Shown here: one piece after another, positions 1 through 8,453 of the stretch | How positions within the stretch are numbered: position 1 is the first letter of the stretch | Layout: each line of letters starts with the position of its first letter | Source: Chloroflexota bacterium | GTDB taxonomy: Bacteria > Chloroflexota > Anaerolineae > 4572-78 > J111 | Reading direction: 5' to 3' | DNA length: 48,505 nucleotides | NCBI GenBank assembly: GCA_024277275.1 | Contig: JAJRVO010000336.1 | Coordinates: 1-48,505, forward strand | Program-made: the position numbers and the translations under genes | The notes under the pieces: model-generated | The model's database searches: none | What the model was told of the DNA's origin: nothing | What the model saw: the letters and a program-made list of their open reading frames with translations, nothing else

Positions 1-686
1 GGCCAGGAAATGCGAGACTGGCCTTGCGGGTACAATGTGTAGCCGGCAAACACGCCCAATAGAGCAATACCGGACCAGGGCAGCACGGGATAATAATCTA
101 CCATATAGCTGCCAATTTTTTTAACGCCCAACCAGACAAGCGACCAGGACTCGGAGCGAAGGCCATCGACATAAAAGCCGGCCCCAATAATGAAGACACC
201 GGCTGCCAGGCTGGCCCACCTGTTGTAGCCTAAAAAAACGTAAGCCAGAATAATTGAGACGCCCAACAGGTGCAAGATGCCAAAAATTACAAATCCCCGG
301 CCAATAAAAAAGTATGTTGCCAGCGTAATGAGCATCCCCCAACCAAATATTTTGCCGCCCCGGAGTAGATATTTTTTGAACAGCCCGGTTTGTCCGGCCC
401 GTTGACTTTCTCGATGGTAACTAAGCGTCAACGAGATCCCCAGAACAAAAATAAAGAGCGTGGCGATACTTCGGGCAAACCACTGCCAGGGGCCGACCAG
501 CATATTGCCCCGGTACAATCCAAAGTAGTTTAAATCCCAGGTAAAGTGGTAAAAAACCATCAAGACAATGGCAACCCCCCGTAGGGTGTCTACTTCCCAG
601 AGTCTTCTTTGCCTGTTAGTTATTGGCGATGCTTTATCCTCAGTCACAACTTTATCGGGTACTGCCGGGTTATCTTTTTGTATCAT
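1..686 (-). CDS. DUF1624 / heparan-alpha-glucosaminide N-acetyltransferase-like membrane acyltransferase; C-terminus runs off the window
   Basis: My own translation of the minus strand from the ATG at 686-684 stays open to base 1 and is not in the ORF track. It reads MIQKDNPAVPDKV...RRLWEVDTLRGVAIVLMVFYHFTWDLNYFG followed by several hydrophobic helices. The D-x-LRG-x-A-x-x-LM-x-x-x-H N-terminal motif is typical of DUF1624. The start overlaps the upstream kinase stop by 17 nt. Confidence 0.6.
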   Translation of the reverse strand, partial: MIQKDNPAVPDKVVTEDKASPITNRQRRLWEVDTLRGVAIVLMVFYHFTWDLNYFGLYRGNMLVGPWQWFARSIATLFIFVLGISLTLSYHRESQRAGQTGLFKKYLLRGGKIFGWGMLITLATYFFIGRGFVIFGILHLLGVSIILAYVFLGYNRWASLAAGVFIIGAGFYVDGLRSESWSLVWLGVKKIGSYMVDYYPVLPWSGIALLGVFAGYTLYPQGQSRISW

Positions 687-1986
687 TTGGACCTAGCCAC
701 AATTGTCGTTCTTTGTCAAAGCGCCAGCCGGGGGTATCAAGTTTCATTTCTCGACGGGGCCATCCTGCCTCTATGCGGGCCAGGGTCTCTTGCCAGGAGC
801 GAATACCGCCGAGGGCGTCGGGGGCTTCAACATTGCACGCGCCAACGGCGGCGGCAATAGTTACGGCTTCGGTGGGGGATAAGTCGCGCAGCAAAGCGGC
901 CAGAAAACCGGCAATAGCAGAGTCGCCCGCGCCGGTGTTGCCAACTGAGGCGGTTTCAAAAATCGGTACCCAGAATTCTCGGTTGGCCCAGCGAGCTGCA
1001 TCGTCGGGTTTAGCCCGCCCCATACCGGCCAACACAGATTCGCCGGCCGTACCCAGATAAAGCCCTAACTTTCCCGCTTTAAGCAACACCACTTTGGCGC
1101 CCATCGCCAGCAAATCACCGGCAATGTCTGAGAGCAAAGAGTGGGTAATTTGAGTTGCGTCCGCGTTTGTCCGGTCAAAAATATCGGGGTAAAGCATCAA
1201 CAGAATTTCTTCGATGCTGGGCACAAACAGGTCAACATAGGGTAATGTGGCCTTGAGGATGGTTAACCAATTAGCCTGACCAGAGGGAGCGGTTGGGTCA
1301 GGCATAGCCATGTCTAAAGAGGTGGTGACGCCGGTTGCTTTGGCCCGTTTAAACATGTCGACCAGTTCCGCCCCGTCATTCTGGTACAGGCGTTTCATCA
1401 GGGGGGGATAGCCAAAATGGAACAGATCGACATGTTGTAACAAGTTATAATCTACATCGTTGGCGCTAAAGGTGTCGTTGGGGCCGGGACAGTGGAAAAA
1501 GATTCTGTCGGTGTTGGGGAGGCTGAGGATGATGGTGTAAGAACTGGCTTCGCCGGGGACAACGCGCATCCCCTTGGCCAGGTGGTTGGACAGATTTTTG
1601 ACAATATTGAGGATGGCCTGCCCAAAGACATCGTTGCCAATTTTGCCCATCAACCGGGTATTGACGCCCAATTTGTGGAGAGCCTGGCCGGTGTTAGAAA
1701 CCGCTCCCCCGGTAGCCATCACCGCCGGCCCTGCTTCCAACAACCGGCCGGGCTGAAAGGTCGAGGCAAAATCACCCCTTCCCTGTTGGGAAGACCTTCC
1801 CTGTTGGGAAGACCTTCCCTGTTGGGAAGACCTTCCCTGTTGGGAAGACCTTCCCTGTTGGGAAGACCTTCCCTGTTGGGAAGACCTTCCCTGTTGGGAA
1901 GGCGTTCCCAAAAGCGAGGGGATGACATCCAGGCAGATGTGTCCGGCTACTATACATGATTTACTTGGCGGGGTAGACGTAGTCAA
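670..1986 (-). CDS. PfkB-family carbohydrate kinase carrying an internal (SSQQGR)x7 repeat insertion
   Basis: 438 aa ORF. It has the PfkB signature NTGAGDSAIAGFLAAL near the C-terminus and GGAVSNTGQALHKLG near the N-terminus. Confidence 0.8.
   Translation of the reverse strand: MTTSTPPSKSCIVAGHICLDVIPSLLGTPSQQGRSSQQGRSSQQGRSSQQGRSSQQGRSSQQGRSSQQGRGDFASTFQPGRLLEAGPAVMATGGAVSNTGQALHKLGVNTRLMGKIGNDVFGQAILNIVKNLSNHLAKGMRVVPGEASSYTIILSLPNTDRIFFHCPGPNDTFSANDVDYNLLQHVDLFHFGYPPLMKRLYQNDGAELVDMFKRAKATGVTTSLDMAMPDPTAPSGQANWLTILKATLPYVDLFVPSIEEILLMLYPDIFDRTNADATQITHSLLSDIAGDLLAMGAKVVLLKAGKLGLYLGTAGESVLAGMGRAKPDDAARWANREFWVPIFETASVGNTGAGDSAIAGFLAALLRDLSPTEAVTIAAAVGACNVEAPDALGGIRSWQETLARIEAGWPRREMKLDTPGWRFDKERQLWLGPNDTKR
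1777..1902. repeat. Seven tandem copies of the 18-bp unit CCTTCCCTGTTGGGAAGA inside the PfkB kinase CDS
   Basis: Read directly from the sequence. Six copies are perfect and one is slightly divergent. The unit length is a multiple of 3, and the array is translated as the GRSSQQ hexapeptide. Confidence 0.95.
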
Positions 1987-1989
1987 ATT

Positions 1990-3090
1990 TTAAACCTCAA
2001 TCCGATTTGAATACGCAAAAAAGCCGGAGAAACGTTCATCGGCCTGCAATCTTTCCAGGTGCGCTTGAACCAGAGCGCGCACTCTTCTAATATTGTCCGC
2101 ATTTTGGAATACCTCGGTTTTACCCAACAGCGATAGTTTTACTTGTGTAAACGTGGGCGCGTCGCCTTGCATCAGCGCTCTGAAAATCTCGAACGTATTA
2201 AACACCTCTTCTTGCACGGCTGTGGATAGAATATTAGCGGAAACACCGGCTTGCTGTAGAGTTTTGCGCATACATTTTTCGCCGGCGCAGTTCTGGATAT
2301 CTACCTTGTCAAGCTGGTGGTGGATGAAATCAACCGGGTCAAATGGTTCCAAAAATATTTTAATATCCTGGCCGGTTGCCAGGGCGTAGAGCAGCAACAG
2401 ACCTATTTCAGTGGCGGCAGCTTTTGAGGCGGCTTCTGACATGATGGGCAGCAACAACACATCGGCTTCATGCTTAAATTCAGTCTCTATGGATAACAAG
2501 GTGCGCGTACTCATCGCTACGCCCAGGTGGTCAATACTACCGTAAGGGGTTTTCCACGCTTCAGCAAAAGCGCCTTCAGATAAATCCTTTACAGCCTGAC
2601 CGTCTGCCCGGTAGCTTGCGGTTAGCAAATCTTTCTTTTCTTGAAATCTGTCCGTATGCTGCCGGCAATAGGGGCCTCCCGATCCGCCAAGTATTACCCG
2701 CAGCGGATAGTTTTGACCTCGCCTGATTCTTTTTGCCAAAAAATCATCAAAGTTCAAGCCTTTTTGGCCGGCTATCATTTGGTGTTTAGCCGTCTGGCAG
2801 GCTAAAATAGCCAATTCCTGTAAATCATCGCCGCGATGGATTCGCAGGAATCGGTCCAGGTGTGGATTTTTTTCCAGATTTTCCAGGGACATCTCGACCA
2901 TCATATATTGAGCAATGGCCCCCGGTTCATTGAGACTGGTCAGCAAACTGTCTTCTATGGAGACGATGACCACCTGCCCTCTCAAAGCAGCCGAGGTCAA
3001 GGCCATACCGATTTCGGCAATTGAACCCAAACTACCATTCATCAACTCATTGTTTTCCAGACGAATGATGATTACCGAGGCCGTGGCCAT
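1990..3090 (-). CDS. Hypothetical protein (366 aa); weak resemblance to nucleoside 2-deoxyribosyltransferase-like Rossmann modules
   Basis: Long ORF. Segments VIIIRLENNELMNGSLGSIAEIGMA and ADVLLLPIMSEAASKAAATEIGLL resemble the hydrophobic strand plus S/T-x-x-E-x-G pattern of that fold. There is no obvious RBS, and the ATG lies one codon after the stop of the upstream same-frame ORF. Confidence 0.5.
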   Translation of the reverse strand: MATASVIIIRLENNELMNGSLGSIAEIGMALTSAALRGQVVIVSIEDSLLTSLNEPGAIAQYMMVEMSLENLEKNPHLDRFLRIHRGDDLQELAILACQTAKHQMIAGQKGLNFDDFLAKRIRRGQNYPLRVILGGSGGPYCRQHTDRFQEKKDLLTASYRADGQAVKDLSEGAFAEAWKTPYGSIDHLGVAMSTRTLLSIETEFKHEADVLLLPIMSEAASKAAATEIGLLLLYALATGQDIKIFLEPFDPVDFIHHQLDKVDIQNCAGEKCMRKTLQQAGVSANILSTAVQEEVFNTFEIFRALMQGDAPTFTQVKLSLLGKTEVFQNADNIRRVRALVQAHLERLQADERFSGFFAYSNRIEV

Positions 3091-3093
3091 AAT

Positions 3094-3339
3094 TTAGGCT
3101 TCAATGGCCATATATGATATATCCCAACCATCAATTTGAGGATCAAAGCCAATAACTCCCATACCTTGAAAGACATCCAAAAATTTATAGGCTTTTCTCC
3201 ACATTGCTGCGGTATGGGTTGACCCATACCAGCCTACCAGGTTCAAGAGGCCGGCTGGGGTTCTCTCCATGGTGTCTGCTCGTTGATTCCACGTGGCTGG
3301 AGTGATGATTACATCAGTTTTTGTTTTGTAGGGTGCCAT
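3094..3339 (-). CDS. Hypothetical protein (81 aa); possibly the N-terminal part of the downstream 366 aa ORF
   Basis: An AGGAGA RBS lies 9 nt upstream of the ATG at 3339. The ORF ends with TAA at 3096-3094, in the same frame as ORF 1990..3090. Confidence 0.45.
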   Translation of the reverse strand: MAPYKTKTDVIITPATWNQRADTMERTPAGLLNLVGWYGSTHTAAMWRKAYKFLDVFQGMGVIGFDPQIDGWDISYMAIEA

Positions 3340-3361
3340 TGCTGGTTATCTCCTATGAAAC

Positions 3362-3428
3362 CAATGAACAATTAACAATGAGCAATGAACAAAAATCACC
3401 CCTGCACCGCTGCACCCTTGCACCCCTG
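3362..3428. repeat. Short tandem repeats: (CAATNAN)x5 heptamers followed by (CACCNNTG)x4 octamers
   Basis: Direct reading gives caatgaa caattaa caatgag caatgaa caaaaat, then cacccctg caccgctg cacccttg cacccctg. Confidence 0.85.
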
Positions 3429-3430
3429 CT

Positions 3431-3564
3431 GTTGGGTTTCATCAGGTGCGTGTGAAGCTCCGCTTCATAGGCGGCTCCTTTGAAACCCAACTTCGTTCCC
3501 AAATCCAGTTTAGGAACGAAGTTGGGCTTCATCCGGTGTGTGCGAAGCCCCGCTTCATAGGCGG
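3431..3564. repeat. Two copies of a 44-bp direct repeat with nested hairpins
   Basis: GTTGGGTTTCATCAGGTGCGTGTGAAGCTCCGCTTCATAGGCGG (3431-3474) matches GTTGGGCTTCATCCGGTGTGTGCGAAGCCCCGCTTCATAGGCGG (3521-3564). The sequence between them contains TGAAACCCAAC, the reverse complement of the repeat start, and the TTCGTTCC/GGAACGAA stem. Confidence 0.85.
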
Positions 3565-3615
3565 GTATTTAGGGGGTGTTTATATCCTGGAAACCTCTGC
3601 GGCTTTTTGGTGGTT

Positions 3616-4617
3616 TTAGAGCGTAACGGGCTGACCAGACTCAGCGGATTGATAGAGGGCCAAAACGCTTTTCAAAAAATCTCGACTGAGGCTCAGTGGA
3701 ACAACAGGTTCAGCGTCGTCAAAAACACAAGCTTCCATCGCTTCGACTTCGTACAAATAGGGGTCGCTTTGCGGAATCCGGATTGTCTCCTCTGCCCCAT
3801 CTTTAGTAGAGAATATGATTTGGCTGCCTTGACCGGATTGGTGGGGTTTCCAGGGTTCGCTGATTTTGACCAACCCGTCGCTTCCCACAATATGAGCGCC
3901 CTCGCGGAAGGGAGAGCTAAAGCCCGATGAAATTTGAGCCACAACGCCGTTGGCAAACTTCATCTGTCCCTCAAGATAAACCTCAACTCCGGTTTCGCCC
4001 TTAACCTGGCTGGCCCAAACCTCAACCGGCGCCCCGGCTCCGGCCATTACAATAGCCAGGCTGTTGGGGTAAACGCCCACATCCCACAAAGAGCCGCCGG
4101 CCAGATCGGGGGCAAGGCGAATGTTATCTTTGTCTTCCGGGGGTAAATAGTAGGCAAACCAGCTATTAATCATTTGCAACTTGCCCAGTTGGCCGGTCTG
4201 GATCATCTCTTTGACTTTGAGCGTTTGGGGGTGGTGCAGGTACATAAAGGCTTCAAAGACGGTGACGTTGTTGGCTTTGGCTGCCGCTTCAACCCGGTCT
4301 AACTCGGCCATAGTGGGCGTAATGGGCTTCTCGCACAAAACGTGCTTACCGGCTTCGGCAGCCTTAACCGTCCACTCACAGTGGAGGGTGTTGGGCAGGG
4401 GGTTGTAAATTGCGTCTATCTCCGGGTCGGCCAGCAAGTCCTCGTAACTGCCGTGCGCTTTAGGAATACCCTTTTCTTCGGCGTAGGACTTGGCCTTTTC
4501 TATATTTCGACTCGCTACAGCCGCCAACTCGCTCAGCCCGGCCTGGCGGATTGGGTCAAGCAACGCATCATTGATTCCGGCCGTAGACAAAATTCCCCAT
4601 CGGATTTTTTCAGACAT
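3616..4617 (-). CDS. Gfo/Idh/MocA family NAD(P)-dependent oxidoreductase
   Basis: 333 aa. The N-terminus IRWGILSTAGIND is a Rossmann start, and the EKP motif (VLCEKPIT) is present. An AAAGGAGAT RBS precedes the ATG. Confidence 0.85.
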   Translation of the reverse strand: MSEKIRWGILSTAGINDALLDPIRQAGLSELAAVASRNIEKAKSYAEEKGIPKAHGSYEDLLADPEIDAIYNPLPNTLHCEWTVKAAEAGKHVLCEKPITPTMAELDRVEAAAKANNVTVFEAFMYLHHPQTLKVKEMIQTGQLGKLQMINSWFAYYLPPEDKDNIRLAPDLAGGSLWDVGVYPNSLAIVMAGAGAPVEVWASQVKGETGVEVYLEGQMKFANGVVAQISSGFSSPFREGAHIVGSDGLVKISEPWKPHQSGQGSQIIFSTKDGAEETIRIPQSDPYLYEVEAMEACVFDDAEPVVPLSLSRDFLKSVLALYQSAESGQPVTL

Positions 4618-5978
4618 AGTTGATCTCCTTTTAATAATCTGTCAGTAGTTTTGTATAACCCAATTACGTATTCTTCGTGCATTCTTTCTTCAATTTGCGA
4701 GTTGGGTTGCGCGTTTTTTCTGGCCGGCATCATCCGTTTGTCGCGGTCCAACTTACGCACTGCAATATCAACCAGATCGAAACCTGAATTTTTTCCAATT
4801 TCTCCTAGACAGATATGAGTTTCGGTGTTTAAGCCACGCATTGTAGATGTGCCAACCACAACAATAGCCGCCCTGCCGGGTTTTAAAACACGGTACATTT
4901 CGGAGAGGCATCTGGTCATTTCCGAGTAATACCGGTGTAAAACTCTGGCCTTTTTTTTGTCGCGTTTAGCAATTTTAGCCAGCGCTTGGGCCGGGTAATC
5001 CGGCATCTCCAGCAATTGGACATCAACCAACGACTCTCCGCCAATGTATTGCCGTCGCAATTGCGATAGCTCTTTAATTGGATAACCAAACCAAACTAAA
5101 GAGAATTTATGGGCGCGCATGTAATCAATGGCATTGGCCGCATAGGGCGGAGAGGTAATGATCAAGTCTACCGAATTATCTTTTAAGGTGAGAGATTGAG
5201 CGTTTCCCTCAAGTAAAATGACGTTGCCTTTCCCCGCAATCAATTCTACCAGGCTCTGGATGTTCTTTTTTAGTCGATAGCGATATTGCGCAATCGCAGA
5301 ACGTGGCGTTTTGTTGCTGACTCTATGGGGGCGTGTATGGGCCAGGTCGCGGGCCATAGACACCCCGCCTGACTTGGTGATGATAATAGCCGAAAAAGCC
5401 AGTTCCAAGAATTCACGGATAATCACATCCTGAACTTTCTCGATTTCACAAATGAGGGCCATCAGTTCAAGTTGTGTCTCTGGTAGAAACCAATAATCCA
5501 CAAACTCGCGGGTAGCGCCATCAAACCGATTGTCCAATAAAGTTGCCAGTGAAGTTGCGTCATGCTGTAAAGCGATGTTGGCTTGTTCAAGGGTCTGGTA
5601 GCCTGCATCTGTCACTTTTTGTAATGATGCTGGCGTTACTTTTGCTTTACACAACCTTAATGCTAGAGGATCAATATCGAAACCAAGTCCCCGTCTACCA
5701 AGAAGGAATGCTTCCAAAACGGTAGTGCCAGACCCCATCATAGGATCTAGCACTAAATCTTCGGGGTTAGTCAACCATTCAATGAATTTTCGGGGTAACT
5801 GGGGTGGAAACTTAGCCGGGAAAGAGTGGAAATTATGCGAGGCATAGGCGCTATTCTTGCCGTGAAAATTTAGATCACCGGCCAATGCAGACTTAAACCT
5901 GGTTCGATACGGTAAATCAGGTCGTTGTGAGACCGATGGTTTTATACTCAATGGTAATCGGAGTTGTTGGATGGTCAT
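4533..5978 (-). CDS. DNA methyltransferase (N6-adenine/N4-cytosine type); motif I precedes motif IV
   Basis: 481 aa. FPAKFPPQLPRKFI...VLDPMMGSGTTVLEA (AdoMet motif I region) lies near residue 80, and DLIITSPPYA (motif IV, SPPY) near residue 285. RVLKPGRAAIVVVG follows. The 3-prime end overlaps the oxidoreductase gene by 85 nt. Confidence 0.75.
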   Translation of the reverse strand: MTIQQLRLPLSIKPSVSQRPDLPYRTRFKSALAGDLNFHGKNSAYASHNFHSFPAKFPPQLPRKFIEWLTNPEDLVLDPMMGSGTTVLEAFLLGRRGLGFDIDPLALRLCKAKVTPASLQKVTDAGYQTLEQANIALQHDATSLATLLDNRFDGATREFVDYWFLPETQLELMALICEIEKVQDVIIREFLELAFSAIIITKSGGVSMARDLAHTRPHRVSNKTPRSAIAQYRYRLKKNIQSLVELIAGKGNVILLEGNAQSLTLKDNSVDLIITSPPYAANAIDYMRAHKFSLVWFGYPIKELSQLRRQYIGGESLVDVQLLEMPDYPAQALAKIAKRDKKKARVLHRYYSEMTRCLSEMYRVLKPGRAAIVVVGTSTMRGLNTETHICLGEIGKNSGFDLVDIAVRKLDRDKRMMPARKNAQPNSQIEERMHEEYVIGLYKTTDRLLKGDQLCLKKSDGEFCLRPESMMRCLTQSARPG

Positions 5979-6175
5979 TACGTCTCTGTTACTCCACTCT
6001 TTTACTCAACTACTCAGTAAAAATGGGCGAATTAACCAGCTTACCCAAAATCTTAGCATGACTATGGGGGATGAACAATTGCACCAGCGTCAATAAAACC
6101 GAATTCGGCCCGGTACGTAAAAGCTGAAATGCAGTAGGCAGGAGCAGTACTTGCTCCCCCACTCCCTCGTTCAGA

Positions 6176-7099
6176 CTAGCCCTTCAGCGAACCGGCCAGC
6201 AAGCCACGCAAGAAGTAACGTCCCAGGATGATATAAACAAGCAAAGTGGGCAAGGCCGACAGGAAGGCCGCCGCCATTTGAACGTTCCATTGAACCGAAT
6301 AACTACCGGCCACGTTATTGAGGGCCACCGTCATTGGCTGGTTTTCGTTCTGAACAATGGTCACGGCAAAGATAAAGTCGTTCCAGATGTTGGTAAACTG
6401 CCAAATCAATACGACCACAAAAGCCGGTAGGGAGAGGGGGAGCATAACGTAGCGGTAAATGCTAAAGATGTTGCCGCCATCGATACGCGCTGCTTCAAGG
6501 ATTTCGCCGGGGATGGTGGCATAGTAGTTGCGGAAGATAAGTCCTGCAATCGGAATACTATAAATGGTATGGACAAGGATTAAGCCCCAGATATCGCCGT
6601 AAAATCCGATACCCGTCCAAATAGTTAACTTTCTTAAAGTAATGGTCAGGGGGATTAAGACCGATTGATATGGAATAAACATGCCAAAAAGCACAAAGGG
6701 AAAGATAAGGTCGGCGTATTTAAATTTCCACTTAGATAAAATATAGCCGTTTAGCGAGCCGAGTATGGTGGAGATAATTGTGGCCGGAATGGTCATCCTG
6801 ACGCTATTCCAAAAGGCGTCCTTAAAGCCAATAATCATCGATGGGCCGCCATACCAGGCTTCGTAAAAGCTGTCAAAGCAAAAGAAGAAGGGGTTGGTAC
6901 AATCACCCAGGTTCAGAAAGGTCGGAAATTCCCACATGCGGTAGAGATTGATATCAGTATACTGTTTGAAGCTGGTGATGAGAATCATATAAACCGGTAC
7001 AACATAAAAAACAGAAAACAAAATGAGAACAGCGTAGATAAGCGCTCTGGTCCAGCGAAAACGAAAACGAGGTTTTGTAGCTATAGGTGGGGTACTCAT
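6176..7099 (-). CDS. Carbohydrate ABC transporter permease (CUT1, MalG-like)
   Basis: 307 aa polytopic protein. It has an EAA-loop-like segment EAARIDGGNIFSIYRYVMLPL and an ATGA overlap with the upstream permease. Confidence 0.85.
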   Translation of the reverse strand: MSTPPIATKPRFRFRWTRALIYAVLILFSVFYVVPVYMILITSFKQYTDINLYRMWEFPTFLNLGDCTNPFFFCFDSFYEAWYGGPSMIIGFKDAFWNSVRMTIPATIISTILGSLNGYILSKWKFKYADLIFPFVLFGMFIPYQSVLIPLTITLRKLTIWTGIGFYGDIWGLILVHTIYSIPIAGLIFRNYYATIPGEILEAARIDGGNIFSIYRYVMLPLSLPAFVVVLIWQFTNIWNDFIFAVTIVQNENQPMTVALNNVAGSYSVQWNVQMAAAFLSALPTLLVYIILGRYFLRGLLAGSLKG

Positions 7100-8127
7100 T
7101 ATCGTTCCTCCTCTTGTCGCAGGCTTGAAATTAGATAGGGAATGATGAGTAGAGAAATAAGAATCAATAAGACCATACTAATCGCCGCCCCCTGAGCAAA
7201 GCGAGCCGAGGCAAAGGTTGTATCCCACATATTCAGCGCCGGCATATCTTTGACAAAGCCCTGACCTTCGCCCCCCATAGCCACCACCAGGTCGTAGATT
7301 TTCAAAGAGAGGTGGGCCAGGATAATGATTACGCTTAAGGTGATAGGTTTTAGCAAAGGGATAATAATGTGACGATAAATTTGCCATTCATTAGCTCCAT
7401 CCACCCGGGCCGCTTCCCGCAAATCTTCAGGAATACCTCTCATTCCGGCCAGGTAGAGGGCCATAGTATACCCCGATAATTGCCAGGCGGCGGCAATAGT
7501 CAGGGTGATGACCCCCAGGGAAAGGCCAAAGGTGGGCGAAGCAAACCAGCCCAGGCCAATGTTGATCAGCAGTTGGCCCAGACCTGAATCGGCGGGAATA
7601 GAGTAAACCATATCAGTAGACCAGTTGGGATTAAAGAAACTCAGCCCAAAATTTTGAAGGAGCAGGTTAATACCGGTACTGCCGATATTGGAATCGCCGG
7701 GTGTAAAAAGCCACCGCCAGGTCAACCCGGTGACGATGAAAGAGATGGCCATTGGAAATAAAAACACACTTCTAAAGAATCCTTCACCAATAACGTGGCG
7801 GTCCAGAATAGCAGCCAGGGTAAAGCCAATCACAATGCAACTGACGATAAAAAGGATGGTAAAACCAACCACATTTCGCATACCGGTTTTGAAACGTTTG
7901 GCGTCAATGCCGGCCGCATATTTTTCGCCAATGCCAAAGAGTCTAGCATAGCTATCAAAGCCGGAGATGGTATAGTCAGGTTCCGCGCCCCGTTTCCAGT
8001 TTGAAACAGACACCAAACCGCTCCAGCCAATAAAGCCATATACAAAAATAATAATGGCTATTAATGAGGGCAAAAAGAAAGCAAAGCCAACGATCTTTTC
8101 CCAATTTCTGGTCCAATAAACGTTCAT
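7099..8127 (-). CDS. Carbohydrate ABC transporter permease (CUT1, MalF-like)
   Basis: It has the EAA loop EAARVDGANEWQIYRHIIIPL. I place the start at the ATG at 8127 (MNVYWTRNWEK), which is preceded by AGGAGA. The ORF-track extension to 8250 runs through a hairpin repeat. Confidence 0.8.
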   Translation of the reverse strand: MNVYWTRNWEKIVGFAFFLPSLIAIIIFVYGFIGWSGLVSVSNWKRGAEPDYTISGFDSYARLFGIGEKYAAGIDAKRFKTGMRNVVGFTILFIVSCIVIGFTLAAILDRHVIGEGFFRSVFLFPMAISFIVTGLTWRWLFTPGDSNIGSTGINLLLQNFGLSFFNPNWSTDMVYSIPADSGLGQLLINIGLGWFASPTFGLSLGVITLTIAAAWQLSGYTMALYLAGMRGIPEDLREAARVDGANEWQIYRHIIIPLLKPITLSVIIILAHLSLKIYDLVVAMGGEGQGFVKDMPALNMWDTTFASARFAQGAAISMVLLILISLLIIPYLISSLRQEEER

Positions 8128-8186
8128 GGCTCTCCTGTGTTGTATTGAGAGTGAGAGGATTCGGTAATTCAACATAGCCGTAAAAA

Positions 8187-8262
8187 ACGACGAATGACGA
8201 ATGACGATGGACGAACGAAACGCCAGCACAAGATTTTTATCGTTCGTCATTCGTCGTTCGTC
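8187..8262. repeat. Heptamer-periodic palindrome, (GACGAAT)n arm / loop / complementary arm
   Basis: acgacgaatgacgaatgacgatggacgaacga ... tcgttcgtcattcgtcgttcgtc. Confidence 0.9.
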
Positions 8263-8322
8263 CGGTTGACGAAAACGGTCTAAATAATTATCGAGTCATC
8301 TTGTATTTATTTAATCTAGCAT

Positions 8323-8380
8323 AAAACGTAAAACGTGAAACGTGATTGTTTTTGACGTATGGCTCTCACGTTTCACGTTT
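8323..8380. repeat. Heptamer-periodic palindrome, (AAACGTG)n
   Basis: aaaacgtaaaacgtgaaacgtga ... tcacgtttcacgttt. Confidence 0.9.
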
Positions 8381-8403
8381 CATACATTACGCAAAATTAT
8401 AAG

Positions 8404-8431
8404 GCGAGGCGGTTCGCAAGAACCGCCTCGC
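8404..8431 (-). terminator. Stem-loop downstream of the binding-protein gene (possible intra-operon terminator or attenuator)
   Basis: Perfect 12-bp stem GCGAGGCGGTTC / GAACCGCCTCGC with a 4-nt loop. On the minus strand it is followed by CTTATAATTTTG, a weak U tract. Confidence 0.5.
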
Positions 8432-8453
8432 TCAGAAAAGCAACTAAAATTTG

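Noticed and set aside
3538-3930. Antisense or overlapping ORFs inside large genes (for example 3538-3930, 8451-9020, 10244-10765, 11619-11966, 35896-36345, 44736-45500)
   Set aside because: They lie opposite or out of frame to ORFs with clear family motifs and show the Arg/Gly/Pro-rich composition typical of shadow frames.
8128-8250. 5-prime extension of the MalF-like permease ORF (383-aa version)
   Set aside because: The extension is the translation of the GACGAAT hairpin repeat. A strong RBS precedes the internal ATG at 8127, which also matches the usual permease N-terminus.
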